A stretch of 64,000 bases of DNA, from assembly GCA_036172245.1 (NCBI GenBank), contig JAYWIR010000011.1, positions 682,001 through 746,000 of the forward strand, written 5' to 3'. This DNA is from Raillietiella orientalis (lineage: Eukaryota). Every line of letters begins with the position of its first letter. Position 1 is the first letter of the stretch. The notes under the pieces are model-generated. The model worked only from the letters and a program-made list of their open reading frames with translations, did not search any database and was not told where the DNA came from. The position numbers and the translations under genes were made by a program. This document shows, one piece after another, positions 37,518 through 52,000 of this stretch.

Positions 37518-40500
37518 TAACTGCGTGGTTTTAAAATACATCTAGTACAATGTGATGGATAAAGTGTCATTTTCATGAAGAATGGATTCCTTCATCGTAA
37601 TTTACTTTGTATTTAATGCTTTCTTTTGGATTCCGACTTATTAAAACATACATGGGAAAGTTGAGGATTAAATACTGAAATTAACGAGTAAGACTCCTGA
37701 GTAGTCTTTTTTTAAATGCTGGACATGTGGAACATTCTTTAGTCTTGTATTCAAATCAACATGCAGTCATGCATCCACAACGATTTCAACATGGAATATA
37801 TTGTCTTTCAATAAATTCTGTAGCAAAAGAAGTATTGAATGAAAGTAGGAATGAAGGATTCTTCACATGCAAATTATCCTCAAGTGACAATGCACTAAGG
37901 CTGGATTTGGCCTGTGGAGATTCTACTTTTTATAATGTGTGTAATTTGAAATGAAAAATTCCCAATAAAACTAAAGTACCGATTGAGTATCATTAATTAC
38001 ATTCAGAATCATCTGCCAATATTCAGATTGTGTTTGAGAAAACTTTTGCTTTATTTGTTGAAAAACAGAAGTCCAAGGCTTAAACAGCCATAAATGTAAT
38101 TGATTACGCTTAATTTGAATGCTGCATACTTGTTTGTTTGCTTTTTTGAATGCGAAGCAATGGAGTAACAGTACATAAAGTTATGTGAATATTAGAAAGA
38201 AACCTACTGGATTTCAGAATTCGATATTTGTACGCACACAACTTTTGCAAATGGCCAGAAAAATTGAGCTTGAGTTCGTTATCTATTACGTCTACATTGC
38301 GACAGCTTGGGATTATCACATAAATTTAGAAATACGAGATAATTCAATTGCAGCCCATTGTAGTGCCTAAATCTACAGCATGCGAGGTTTCTACCGCCAT
38401 TTTTCAGTAATACAATCGTTCAGCATGCAGCATCAGCATTATTAAATCTACCTTACGCATACATGTTGCAAAAAAGTCTAGGGAATTTGATGGCAGCAAC
38501 ACTTGACAAATTTTCCACAGTAAAATTTAACCCAAAACTCTTATCTAAGGCATGGGACAATGCTGCTGCACGCACAGCAGCATATGACTTGAAAACCATT
38601 GCAAACCCCGTTTATTCAAAGTTCGTTCCATTTTTCTTAACTTCATGAATGGAATCCTACCTTCAAATACTATTTTAGATACTCAAAACATGGCATCAAA
38701 GCCTCACAATCGATTAGCATTGGAAACATATAACTGGGGACAAAGTCCTCATCGGCTGACATAGAGCTCCGAAACCAAGAATATGAATCCAAGTACAGTT
38801 TAGCACAAAGGCTTGGAGCATGAAGTTCTCAATTTCTTTTTTGCTTTTAATCATAAGAATCGTTTACCACCTTATATTGGAAGGCCTCATTTCCGATGTC
38901 TTATACACGCCATGAAACTGACGGTCATAAGTTTTACATCTGATGTCATTATTAGTTTTGTATTTTTTGTGTGTTTTACTCAGTTTTATTCCACTGTTCT
39001 TATACTGAATTTTTCAATTAAAAAGTTTGTGGTTCATCGCTGTACTGTGCAATTGAGCATCGGTGCGTCGGACCTCAATTTCTGACGAAAAGAGCAACCG
39101 ACGAAATGATTGAATCTGATTTACAAGAGCAATAGTAAGACGTTAATGCATAACGAAGAAATACGATCCGGCCATGACCGTATCTGATGTTATTCATTAT
39201 AGTTTACAATTTCTGGGAACACACCTCGAATTGTTTGGAATAATTCAGAATTTCGATGACAGAAGACTTGTTTTGCTTTGATTAAGTATTATTAAAGCAG
39301 AAAGATCTCCATTCTTGAGGACAGAGTAAAAATCAACTACCTAAGAAATTAATTTCCTGAACAGTGGAATGTGATGATGGCATATTAAATGGAAATAGAA
39401 ACAATAAGAATCTATACGCAATACTCTTATATAGAGTAAACCATCTAATGATACCAAAATCGTTAGGCTTTCATTCCCAACGATTTTAATTACAGCTTTC
39501 ATTCCTTCGAAATTTGGTGAATTTGGTCTGTCAAAATTTGATGAATTTTTTTGCAGAAAACTATAAAATGATTAGGAAACTCCGATATAAGATCAATGTT
39601 TAGTACTCATCTTGCAACTACTGTGCTACTTCTACGATTTGATGTAAATCTCAAATTCATCTATAGAAGGAAATCTCATATCATACACTTGGATGCCACT
39701 TTGTGAAATCTCATTGCAAAATGTGAAAACTAATGTTTATGAAGCTACCAACAGAAATTCCCGATAGATATCTGAAAGCAATTAAATTAATGAAGCCTCC
39801 CAGAGAAAGTGTTCGCTTTAATAATTGAAACAGTTGCGCTATGTGCTTGCACCTTTTAATTTTAATGCACCCAAACGAGTTAAGAATTCTCAAAATTGCT
39901 TGGAAGCAATTTACTACGAATGAAATCGAAACATACGGGTTTGCTATCATCACCAAGAAAGCATTCTGAAATAATTTCAAAAAAGCTTAAAGTGTTGGTG
40001 TCATATGTCAGAACACGAAAAGTACATACTTCGTGTCCATCCAAGAAACACTTCGAAGAATATACAAACTCTTTTAATCCTCAAGCTTTCTTTTTCAAAT
40101 GATAGTGATTTTTCAAACAGGTATCAGTGGATGAAAACAGGAAAGATATCTTTCAGTGCTCACTTCACGTATACTGTTTCTGAACGAGTCACAAGTTTCA
40201 TAAAAGTTTTCATGAGGGAAAGCGTGAATTCTCGAACTGATTTTAATTATCTGTCATTTGCCTTCGTTTTCATAAGCAAATCCGAACATATAGTATGATA
40301 TGCCGCTGTCAGTAATCAAATACGAGCTTAAAAAACAAACAATGGAAGTAGTTCACAGATACTAATGCAATAATTTTCATGAAGAATATTTTTGTGCTCA
40401 TGCATTGCTAGTTGTAAATGAAATTAGTGTTTGCAATTGTTTATCAAAAAGGAATCACCAGCTTTCCTCAATTATGGCAGGTTAATAATTATCAAGCTCT

Positions 40501-42221
40501 ATTAGTTAACGTCTTATTCTTCAGCATCTTCTACTTAAAATAGCAACTTTGAATCATCTAGAGAAACGATTGCATACTACAACCTATTTGTAAAGTACTG
40601 AACATAATTTTGCACTTTGCACATAATTTTTACTGCTCAATCCTTCTATTTGCAATTCAAACTCTCGAATTCGCTAGATGCTATGATTCAAAAGTTTTCG
40701 GAAATTATCTCAATAAAATTATCCGGTGATTTAATTATCCCCTGTAGGTCTAAACGACTTACTTTTCTGTATAACAAAGCAATTTACCTAAGTATTTTAG
40801 TTATATGGTCACAGAATACATCATATTCGTAGAAACCATAAGAGAAAATATTGTAACTACCCCGTTTATGAATGTAAAGTATGAATGCATGAATTGGATA
40901 TGTTCACGTGCTTGAAATTGTAGGATGCATGGGATAAGAGTCACTGATTCCGTGTATTTTGAATTATTCATATTGGTTACTAGAAATTAGAGTCCTTACA
41001 TCAATTTTTCCATTTCGTTTGCATTCCTTAAATGTTATTAAGGATCTTCTAAGTCACCTTCTAAGTTACCTTCTAAGTAGCCTGTGTGATTTAGAGTTCG
41101 TTTGTAAAACTCTTCTGCTGTTGCCTGCAACACTATCCAGTTTTCTGTCATAGTTGTGTAGTGTGCATTATTTGTCAGTTCGAAATGCTCGTAAAGCAAT
41201 CTTTTAATGGCCATCTGCCCTAGTTGTGTTGGTAATGATGGACCAGGCCTGACTGTCAGTATTTGATAACTACATGTAACGCTCAGTCTTTTCTTAAGAA
41301 AGCAAATTTGCTTTATGGTTATGTAGCTATGGTTATTCTTTTTCTTTTCTATACATAAAATATAAGTGGTAAGTAGTTTCTTAAAGCCCTGAACTGTTAG
41401 ACATAGTAAAGCTGCAACGTAACACAGCCAAAAGATGAGTTGAGCAGTGCTTATTATTTTGCTGCTATGTGAACATGTATTTCCTCATTATTCGTAATTC
41501 ATGCTATCAGCGACAGGTAACAAAGATTACTGACACACCTTTCGGAATCATGCAATGAACAATGAAATTTTTGTTTTATGTTTACAAACAGACTGAACTG
41601 CGAGTGAATATTCATGTTTCAAATTTTTGATTAAAGGCTGAGCAAAATTTGTGTTGATCCTCCCCAAGCAAAAATTGATCGAGAATATTATCACGTCATT
41701 CGTGTCATGGTTTTCATTTGCAGGATAGGTGCAGAAAGAGAAAACAGACAATAGTAATGCTGTAAATAATCAGAGAGTCATTAGCGTTGCTAATACCTTA
41801 TTGAAGAAATTCGTTATGAGATCCATTTTCTTCTGGTTTTATACTCTTGGTTTTATGTAATGGCGGGTGTTGATAACGGCGTATATTTAGGACCGAAATT
41901 AGAAATTTAGTCTATTAATTCTATCACTTCGTTACGATTAAATTGAAGGGACAGATTGTTTAAAGGAACTTAATGATTCGAGATGTATCAATTGAGACAG
42001 CAATTTCAACGAAGAAATCGCCCTATAATAACAGGGGTAATTGGGAAAAGTACAGTTGTCAGTTACCGAATTTTAAAGCAGACGTAATACATACGTTTTT
42101 GTAATTCATAAAATCAAGAACGCGCATAGAGTACTCGCTTGTAACCGATGCCTCGATAGCCGTGGGTGTCCTGAAGATAGTATAAGAGAATGTGTTATCG
42201 TAAAGTTGTGCTGAATGGAAC

Positions 42222-44706
42222 ATGATGTTAAAACCGAATTCAGGAAGTCAACATGCAGACGATGTAAGAATAGTCTCCGAAAATGCTTTAAGAAACAGTA
42301 AATCTGAAATTAGATGGCTACTGGGGCTTGTCGGGGTGATTCAGAAAACGAATTGGTTTACCTTGCTTTAACATAAAATAACTTCGAATTTCTTATGGAG
42401 TATTGCACACTTTTGATCATTTCCGTAGGTTTCTATCAGTATTTCGTTAATCGGATGTTAAATTTCAAGTGAAAAATTATTCCAATTAGTACAGTCAAAG
42501 ATTACATGCACAATTTGAAGCACGGTTGTATAATTTGTTTTAAATATTCCAAAATTGCAAGTTATGTTGTTACTACAGATATTTGTGATTTGTATGTAAT
42601 CATGCATTATCTTGAAAATAGGTAATTTTTGAAGATGACCAGGTGCTTTACCAGATGTCAGATGCCGCACACAATGAAAGCATTGAAGGTTCTCTTACAG
42701 TTAGAAAGGTAACATGATTGTATTGGATTTATAAATAGTTTAGTATTTTGGGAAATTAAAAAATAGCATGCCGTAATATTACTTCGTGCGATATGTTTTC
42801 TTTTCTGATAATATTACGTCTGAATTTTTGAATCATTGACTTCTGTGTGACTTACCATGTGCAGGATTGGAAGTTTCATGGTACATTTGTTTGTTGGAAA
42901 TCAACCAGACAGAGTGATCTAAACGAGAAGAAGAAACCTGATAAACATTCGTCAAGTATTGAAGGTAACATTCGTCATATTTAATAAAAGGGACTTACAG
43001 GTGATTAAGATACTGAATGTTTTAAAATTCCATTGGATGACCTTAATAGCATGAAATGCATAAATAATGACATAATACTGACTATGAAAGATGGAAAGCT
43101 CTGGTCCTTTACATTTCAATCTCAAAAGGCAGAGAAATTTATAAAAATTCTGGAACTATTGCTTTCTCTTAAATAGTAAGAATTCTTTGCAGTTATGTAA
43201 ATGCTTTGTACAATTTGTGCCTAGCTGTAATGAGGAAAACATTTTCTATGTAGTTAGAGGACAGAATATATGGGATGCCCATGGAGCTCTTCGCAACCAC
43301 ATGTTTGATGCTTATGCTACTACAATGACAAATTTTGCTAAATTATTTGGAATGCTATGTGAGAGTGCCCATATCAAATTTTTTATGCTGAGCAGCTTCT
43401 GGGTTACAGACAATTAGAGATCCTGAAATGTGCATAGATGACTTGTTCCAGGATATGACCTATGTGGATTCTATGCCACGGGATGGTAATACTAATTTTC
43501 ATAGCTGTGCACAAACCTGGAGTTCAGGGTATGAAGTGGTATCCGCAGTTAAGTTGGCACCCCCACCAGATGTATACCGTGGCCCAGTAGTTGATGAGGC
43601 AACTTGGAAAAACCAGTTTGATGCTGATGGTCGTATTTCTAACTGGCGGCAGTTGAAGTGGCAGATATTTCGTGGGGTAAACATCTCATAGATCAAATCC
43701 ACATCTCCAAATAGGGTTTAATGCCATCTCTCCGTATGGAAGCCTGGAAGTTTCTGCTTACTTACTGGAGTCCCAATCATACACATGCAGAGAGAAATGC
43801 ACAGGCAGTGATTCTTCAGAACTATTATTATCAGATGAAACAGCAATGGCAAAGTTTGACAGAAGATCAGGAATCTCGGTTCAGTGCCTTCAAAGAGAAA
43901 AAAAGTCTTATTGGTAACTCAATCAACCCAATCAAGTATGTATTCCCTACTTACCTGAATTCCAGAAAAAGATGTTGAACGTACAGACCGTAAAGAGCCA
44001 TTCTTTGAAGGTGAAGAAAATGCTAATGTTACAACACTTAAAGATATATTAATGACATTTGTCATGTACAATTTTGATCTGGGTTATGTGCAGGGAATGT
44101 CTGATCTTCTTAGTCCTATATTATACATTATGCAGGATGAAGTTGATGCATTTTGGTGCTTTGTTTGCTTGATGACCCGTATTGTAAGTAAATAACTTTT
44201 CTATTCTTAATTGACCATATCTTCAGGGAGACAACTTTAAGATGGATTTGAAAAAAATAACTCTACAGTTTTCTCAGTTACACACAATTTTGCAAATCCT
44301 TGATCCTGCATTCTGTGCTTATTTGGAAGCCAATAATTCTAAACATCTTCATTTTTGCTTCCGCTGGTTACTGATTTTATTTAAACGAGAATTCAGCTTT
44401 TCTGAAATTCCTAGTTTGTGGGAGATATTTTGGACTGAACTGCCTGGGGCAAATTTTCATTTATTGTTTTCTTGTGCCTTACTTCTTGGAGAACGTAATG
44501 TCATCATGGAAAATCATATGGAACTCAGTGAAATCCTCAAGCATTTCAATGACATGGCCTATCAGTTAGATTTGCAGAAGCTTTTGGCCAGAGCTGAAGC
44601 ATTATGGCATCAGTTAACCAATGCAGAAAATCTTCCAGCCACAGTATCTGAAATTTTGAAGCCATCTACTGAAAGTGTACAATCTAAATGGAATTGCTTC
44701 CAGTAA
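42222..44706 (+). CDS. TBC1D15: TBC-domain Rab GAP, TBC1D15/TBC1D17 family
   Basis: Exons from 42222-42263 (start tentative), 42622-42708, 42866-42964, 43010-43175 ... 44228-44706. Motifs IFRGGLMPSLRMEAWKFLL, YYQMKQQWQS, IEKDVERTDR (Arg finger), GYVQGMSDLLSPILY (Gln finger), FCFRWLLILFKREF. Confidence 0.92.
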
Positions 44707-47700
44707 GGACAAAACAATGGCAGTTTTTGTGTATATTTTTGTTTATGACCAGCACCACAAAGAGAAGTGCATCATCATCAATTCATTGCTAATCCTCTAT
44801 CATGTAAGATACTGTAAACATTACTATTATTTGATAAATAAGCATTCAAAGCCTTTGTAAAGTAGAATCTCATTTCATGTTCTTGGCAATGCATTGTTAT
44901 TTTCCAAACTTTGTGTGCTGCTGCATTTTATATTGTGTGCCCAGTTAGCATCTACATTGTTGCAGTACTTGATTGAATGATTATGTTCGGCCTTTGGGAT
45001 GAAATAGAATAAACATACAATTCAAATGTATTTCATTTTGTTTGCCTTGAAATGAAATGCAAGTTGGGCATATTCCTATTCCTATACCACATTACTTTAT
45101 AAATAGCAAACAGGATCAGTAATATGCCAAAAATTGCAATTTAACACAGTAAATGATGAAATTAATTTGGGTTCATACGTTTTCTCATAAGCCAGGTTTT
45201 TTTGTTTGCATCCTTTTATACATATACGTAAATTAAAATGGAATAATTGCTAAGTAGTGGCCAAATTGTGGTTATTGCACAATCAAATCACCTCTGTGTA
45301 ATAAAGTTCAGTGTTTAGTATGGGCTTCGGTACTGGATATTGGCCCATAAGTGAGAAATACTGAGATTTATGGATCCAACCATTTATAAACAAAAAGCAT
45401 TCAAACATTTCAAGTGAATGTAATAGCACTTTCTAGTGCTCATACACATCAAATACGATGGAAACCTTCTGCTAATGTACAGGACAGATGCTAGTTTTAC
45501 CTCATGATTACATCATAGCCATGAGTCTTGTCATATGGACTCGATTATTGGCAAATTACGTTCCAGAAAGTGCACACAACCGAAGTGGCGTTTCTACCGA
45601 CAAGTCGGTTGGACATTGATGATTTCATGCATTTCACTTTTCCTTCACGGGCACCGCACAGCATCCAGAATTCTTCATTTAAATCTCGGACATCAGATTA
45701 GTATACGACACCCTACTTAAATAAGTCGATTATTATGTGTGTATTAAAAATCGTTTACTTATCGAAGAACAACGTTTCCGTTGTAGATCGGAAGGCTGAA
45801 ACTGCCCACCAGCAGCACTTGAATTTAAATGGGTAGCAGAAAATCGTTCTTGCATCGCCACCTGAGACAAAAGTATTAAAATTTTGCATAAAAATTTAAT
45901 GTAACGAGACTAATTACAATTACCTCAGATAGAGTTGGAAAATTTCATAATTGTAGTTCTTAAAAATGGCAGACATAAGGGTCATTGAAATTATTCTATT
46001 TACAAGTTCAAGATATGTGAAGACCGATAAAAGATGAGATTCAAATAATGAATTTAATAGTTTTTCAGAGTACGAGAACATACAAAGCGATTACAAGATA
46101 TCCAAGAGTACAGTTTCAGTATTTCTTGTTTTCTTGCCCGTTACTGTGTAGTGGGAAATCAATTTCTCATGAAGACATCATAAGGTCTTTTCTTACTTAA
46201 GCTGGAAGTAATAAATGATCTGTAGTTCGTGTTTTATTAGGCTGTTGCAACGTATGTTCTTAAGCTTGTCTAGAGATACACAAGTTTTCTCAAACCACAC
46301 AAGATTGTGTTTTGCAGAGCAATGGATCAATCTGTGTTTAATATTTCACCCTTGAATATCACGAAGGCCACAATCAATTTACTACGCGGTTCGTTAGTAC
46401 TTAATGGCGAGTTAAGTTTTAGTTGTACATTCGTTTTTCTGCAATTATCTGGATGCATGACGTTCCTTATCATTGTTTATTCTTGTTTAAACTCTCCAGT
46501 AATTATGAGTACTGTATTTTCTACTATCCTGCTCAGAATGATGTTCTAGTGCCGTTTATTAATCTGCAGGGCATTATTTTAAAACTTCATCGAATTTTCT
46601 AAATTCATAAATATTTACCCCGTTGACAGAAATATCAAATCGGCTACGATGTAACCCAGGAACGTCAATATGTTTCCAAATCTTGGCTTCAAACCAAGAT
46701 TTGGGAGCTGCTAAAGCTTAATACGGGGAAAAAAAATCGATGCAAAAACAGATAGTGCCAGCTAATTTGTTTGGCTCTTCGAATCCACAAAACATATGAT
46801 TCGAGTGAATTTTCTATATGCACCAATCAGCATAAGCAGCAAAGGAAAGACATTCGTAACTTTTGCACTTGTGCAGAACACATTAACAGATATGTTTATT
46901 TCAGTTGCTAGTTTTCAGCTTCTCATCCACGTGCATCCTTACTGCAGTTTCCGACTTCAATAAAGTTTTAGTACCAATTTTTAGTTAGCTTATTCCCTCA
47001 AAGAGTCGATTCATCCTCATTGCTTCACACGGTTCTATGCACAGCTGCGAAAGTAGTTTCCTCTGCCCCCCCTCTCTCTCTCTCTCAAAATATTGAACGA
47101 CGATTTGTATCTCTGAATCGGGATTTTCGTGAATCTGGAGCTACTACTAGCGAATATTAAGTCTTTGTCAGGTCCGAAAAAGGGAATTCATGCTCTGTAG
47201 GCATAAGGCTTCCATCACCTGCTTATCATACTGTATATATGTCCCCCTTCCCCCACACCCCTATCATCACAGCTTGGCTTAGATAACCACTTTATCTCAA
47301 TTTCGACTTTGATGACCGCAGATTTTCGTGGCAAATTGAGTTTTTATGTCATTGGCTGTGCTTTCGTGATTATTCAGCCACCTCCCAAGTAGTTCTTCAA
47401 ATTACAACTTTGAACGAGCAACGCATAATGGTAGTTAGCTTGAAATTTACGGTTCTTGCAAGAGATGGTCAGAATTTCCACACAGTTTCTTCCGTGAAGA
47501 GCCTGCAAAACCTGGAATGCTTTTTGCAGCACACGTCTGCATTTCGGGTGTTCTTTTGGAGATCGCATTGCATTCGTGGCGGCCTCCACTCTTTCCGACG
47601 CCGCAACCTCTGATCGATTCTCTGCTTTGTTTGTAGGCCATGGGCATTTTGGGTACATTTTATATGAAAGTTCGACTGTGTTTCAGCACGTGTTGCCACT

Positions 47701-49032
47701 TGATTTTGCGGCACAAAAAAACGGATACCAAAGAATGATGTGAGAGCCGGAAGCATTTCTTGGAACAAGGATTAGAGGACAAATTTACCGTGATCACGCA
47801 TTATGGGCGTGTTATGCGTAGCTAATGAATTCACAAAAGAATCATTTGAAAACTGAAACCATCTCCATATTCAAAATTACAATTCTATAATCAATAGATG
47901 AAACAATGCCTTTCATATAAGAAGTGAGAAATACTTTACAGGAAGTCTGGACAACGGGGAAACGTATTTTAACACAACGAATTGGCAAGATTCTAAAACA
48001 CATTAGATATAAGGTAAGACAAAAAGACATCAATAGAAAATTCATTTATTTTTGCCACATTCAAATTTTATTAACTCTTCAACAGGCTATTTCGTTCTGA
48101 AGAAAATCTCAACTATATCCTTTTATATTAATCCAACAGGGCCAAACCAAAATGATGTACTTTTCAATGTATCATAGCATTTAGTTTTGTGTGATAATTA
48201 GCATCCACATGCAAGTTGCTTTCTTATCTGGTACAACGAACAGTTTGTAGAACAGTTTCCTGGAGGAAAATGCTTAAAAACCGATGTCTGTTTACGTTCA
48301 TCAATGTAACAGTCATCCCAGCATATGGAGTAGAAATTCAATCATGTCCTCAAGCTTCACAAAATTCGTTTTCGCCATGGAAATCATTTTCTTATAACAA
48401 AAGAAAAGTTTTTGCACTGAGGGGAAAATGTTAGTTAATAAATTCTTTCAAAACGTTTAAGATGTGACTGAAACGTTTTTGCAACTACAACATTTAAAAA
48501 TGAATAATGGAATGATCGAATTCTTTAACAGGGCTACACTTAAAAGCTCATTTGTATTGTTTCGCTTCTTTAAAAAATTGAGATAATTTTACTGCACATG
48601 CATATACAACCATTATCACATATCTTAACGTATGTTCCCAAACATTTATGAATGCTCAATGCATGATATCCATCACTGACTGAAAACCTATGCTGATAAC
48701 ATGGTCACATCTCAAATTAACACGGGTATTGTGAACTATGAAAAATGTATACCACCAACAAAATTTTCCACTAAATTGAATGAGTTGTAGATAATTCCAT
48801 AGATAGATACTTCTATGAGCAAGTACCAAACAACCTTTGTTTCCGAATTTCAGGAAACAATAATCACTTGCTATATGTTTGAAAAACCAAATATGTGTTG
48901 TGCCTATAACCAATGTTTGTTGCAACATTGAATTAGACTCTCTAAAAATCTTTTTGGAATTATCTCTGTGCCCAATACAAATTTCGCAGATTTATCTGGT
49001 ATGATTTTCTTCCAAGAAATAGCCTCCTTTTA

Positions 49033-52000
49033 TCACATTTTCCTTAATTTTCTTTTCATCTTCGAAACAGCATTCCGAAAACGCATCTGGAAAAACATTT
49101 GAATTAAACATATGTATGAATTGATTTTATTATATCCTACAGAAATTCTAAAGAATATGCTCAAATAATTATTTAATAACACTTAATTGTATAATAAAAT
49201 TTCCAAACATTATGACAGCACATAGATAAAATAGAATATAATAAGCTATCCCTGTGCTTCATTAATCCAAGTCTCAATTAAATAGTTATGTTAAAAACTT
49301 TTAACATAACTATTTAACGTGACATGTATTTAAAGAATGTGGTCACTATGTAATAAAAGAAAACTTGGTAATGAACTTAAGCACAATATCAACGAACTAA
49401 ACTGGAGAAAAAGTCTTATGCATAGATTGTGCATGAGATGAATTCTTACTTGCTTATCTCGAAACGAGTTATTTAGTTTTTTCTTTGATTTGGGCCTCAA
49501 CATCATGAAATTCTTGCACTTCCTCTTTTCCTGATTTGTTGTGCTAGCATGTGGATTCTTTCTTTGTGGTTTCCACACATAACTGTTTTCACAAGATTCC
49601 TGTCTTTCCTTAGGAGAAAAGTATGTAGCATAAATGAAACTTAAATTAGTGAAGCTACTAAACTAAAAGAAACCAGATTACAAAAGAATGTTACTTACCC
49701 TGATAACTTCCAATCTTGCAGAAAGATCATGTTTTCGTTTTTTATGAATCATCTCAATATCACTTAACTTGACTAATTCATTTCTAAAAAATAAATCAGT
49801 GCTACTAAAATAACTGGTACTAGTTTTACCTATCCAAATTCTCTTCCTTCACTTCTCTTTTCAGGTTTTTTTTTTTGCCAGAGGGCTGAGGTTTCTGAAA
49901 CCTTTTCTGTACTTCTGCCTGATCAATTCTTTGAAATTCCTCTTGACTTAACAGTCGATTTTGCAGAATTTCTGTTGCATCAATCACCTTATGCTCCAAA
50001 GGCGAATCCTGTGATCTTTTCTAAAATGGAACCAATCACATAAAAAGTTTACAGAAATTTTTAAAGTGCATTTCAGTGTTTTGGAAAAAAACTCAGGCTA
50101 ATGAAGAATGTTCTTAATAAAGATCAGTTCAACTAATTAAACCAATATTCAAAAACAAGATTCAAGTACAAATAATAACACGAATTAACATGTCGGTTAT
50201 AATTTTTAAATGCCACTTATTATATTCCTTATCTTGTTTTTATTATGCATCATGTCTAAAAATGTCTAACACAATAACTGTCAGCCATTATAGACCAAAA
50301 AATTCATAGAACTTTTGGATTTGAACTTTTTTTTTCCAAACACATATTCCTTGTAATTGATAGCATTATGGGTATCATGACTCACAAATGGAATCCAAAG
50401 GACTAAATGCATAATAAAAAACACATTGATAATCAACAGGGACAATACAAATATTCAGAATTATATTTTCCATCAAATTACAAACCATCCAAAATGCCTT
50501 AAGTAAACATAAAAACACAATAAACTTATGTGCTGCATATATTTGCTTACACAATCCTCATTAGCAGATACATTTTCTGAAATATCTTCCGTTAAAATCT
50601 CAGCACCTAAGATGCAGCCAACAGCATCTGATTCCCCAAACTGCAAAACCTGCCTTTCAGCAGACCACTGTGTGGGGCGCCCACGATCTTTTCTTTTCAA
50701 CAGAGCTGGATTAACATTGCGGAACAATTGCAAAAGTGATCTAGCACTCATCATAACAGCACGATCTCTATGGTTTTTATATTGCACCAAATCTTGCAAA
50801 AGATCCTCACTCATTCCTAATGGGCAACGGATGCAGATCTCACGAATCGCATTCAGCCTAAGTAAAAGAACTGTGATTGAAAACTGCGCCTAATAAATAA
50901 TATTTACCCAATGGCGATCACTTCACTGGAATTTCTCTCTGTAATATAATTATTGGCAAGAGCTTTCAGTACATTTTCCACCAGCTACATAATTCCCATT
51001 AAATATTTACTGTGCATAATGTAACTTACTGACATCAGGAGGAACCATTTCATGGCAAGCTTGAGCTGTGTACTGCAATACTTTGGTAGCCTCTAGAAAC
51101 ACTAATGTAAAGTTGATCAGTTCAGGAACACTTACCTCGTTGATGTGGTTGAAGAAGTTTTTGTACAAATGGGTACAAATTCAAAAGTATTAATTTATGA
51201 ATACCAACAAGTTTGGTCAACAAGTTTAGGGTCAACAGTTTTATTTCAAAGCGCTCATTCATTGCCTGAATCTTGCAGAATAATTGCTCTACAAATCCTA
51301 AACCAAGGTGAACACAAAAATAGGACAAATTCCAAACCTTGTGGATCATGAATAAGGTAAAGTGCTGAAAAGTTGACCACCTTTTCCTGGTTTTTTAGTT
51401 TCTGATATAGAGGTTTTCATTGATTGTCATATGAATCCAGAACTTACTTTTATGATTCTTTTTGCCTTTTCTAAGTTTTTCTTGCGCTTCCTGCTACTTT
51501 TATTAACTTTATTGGCATGAATCGCATACCGAGCACTTTGAGAAACAAATTCTTCCTTGAGAATACCATTCCATGATAAATAAATGCAAAAAATTAGGAA
51601 CTTACTTCTGATTGTTCTGAATCACTGGAATCCTTTACTTCATCAGAATCAGAACCCAAAAAGAAATTCAAGGCTGTGACCATAATCTACTCAAAAGACA
51701 ATGTCAAATAATAAGGAACACTGCAACCAAATGCAGATCACCAAATAAATGTTACCTTACCTTAGTAATTTTTGAAAAGCAAGCTAAACTAATAACATTA
51801 ACAGTCTTAGCATTACACCAAATCCTCTTTTTGTATAGTTGGATCAAGATGTTCTAAAAACAAATTATTACAGTCCAGTTTTTGATATCCTTCAATTTAC
51901 CAAAGCTATTTGAGATATTGTTTTGCTTCCATCTTGAGTAGCAGTGAACAATAATGTTTGCAAAGCCTAACAAAAATTTTCAATAAACACAGGAATGTTT

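Noticed and set aside
37790..39800. Minus-strand LRR-like fragments (LNYLVFLNLCDNPKL, LSALSLEDN)
   Set aside because: They could not be linked into an open spliced gene and the motifs may be chance.
41046..41082. Three copies of a 12-bp unit (CTTCTAAGTYAC)
   Set aside because: Ordinary short tandem duplication with no spacers, so not CRISPR-like.
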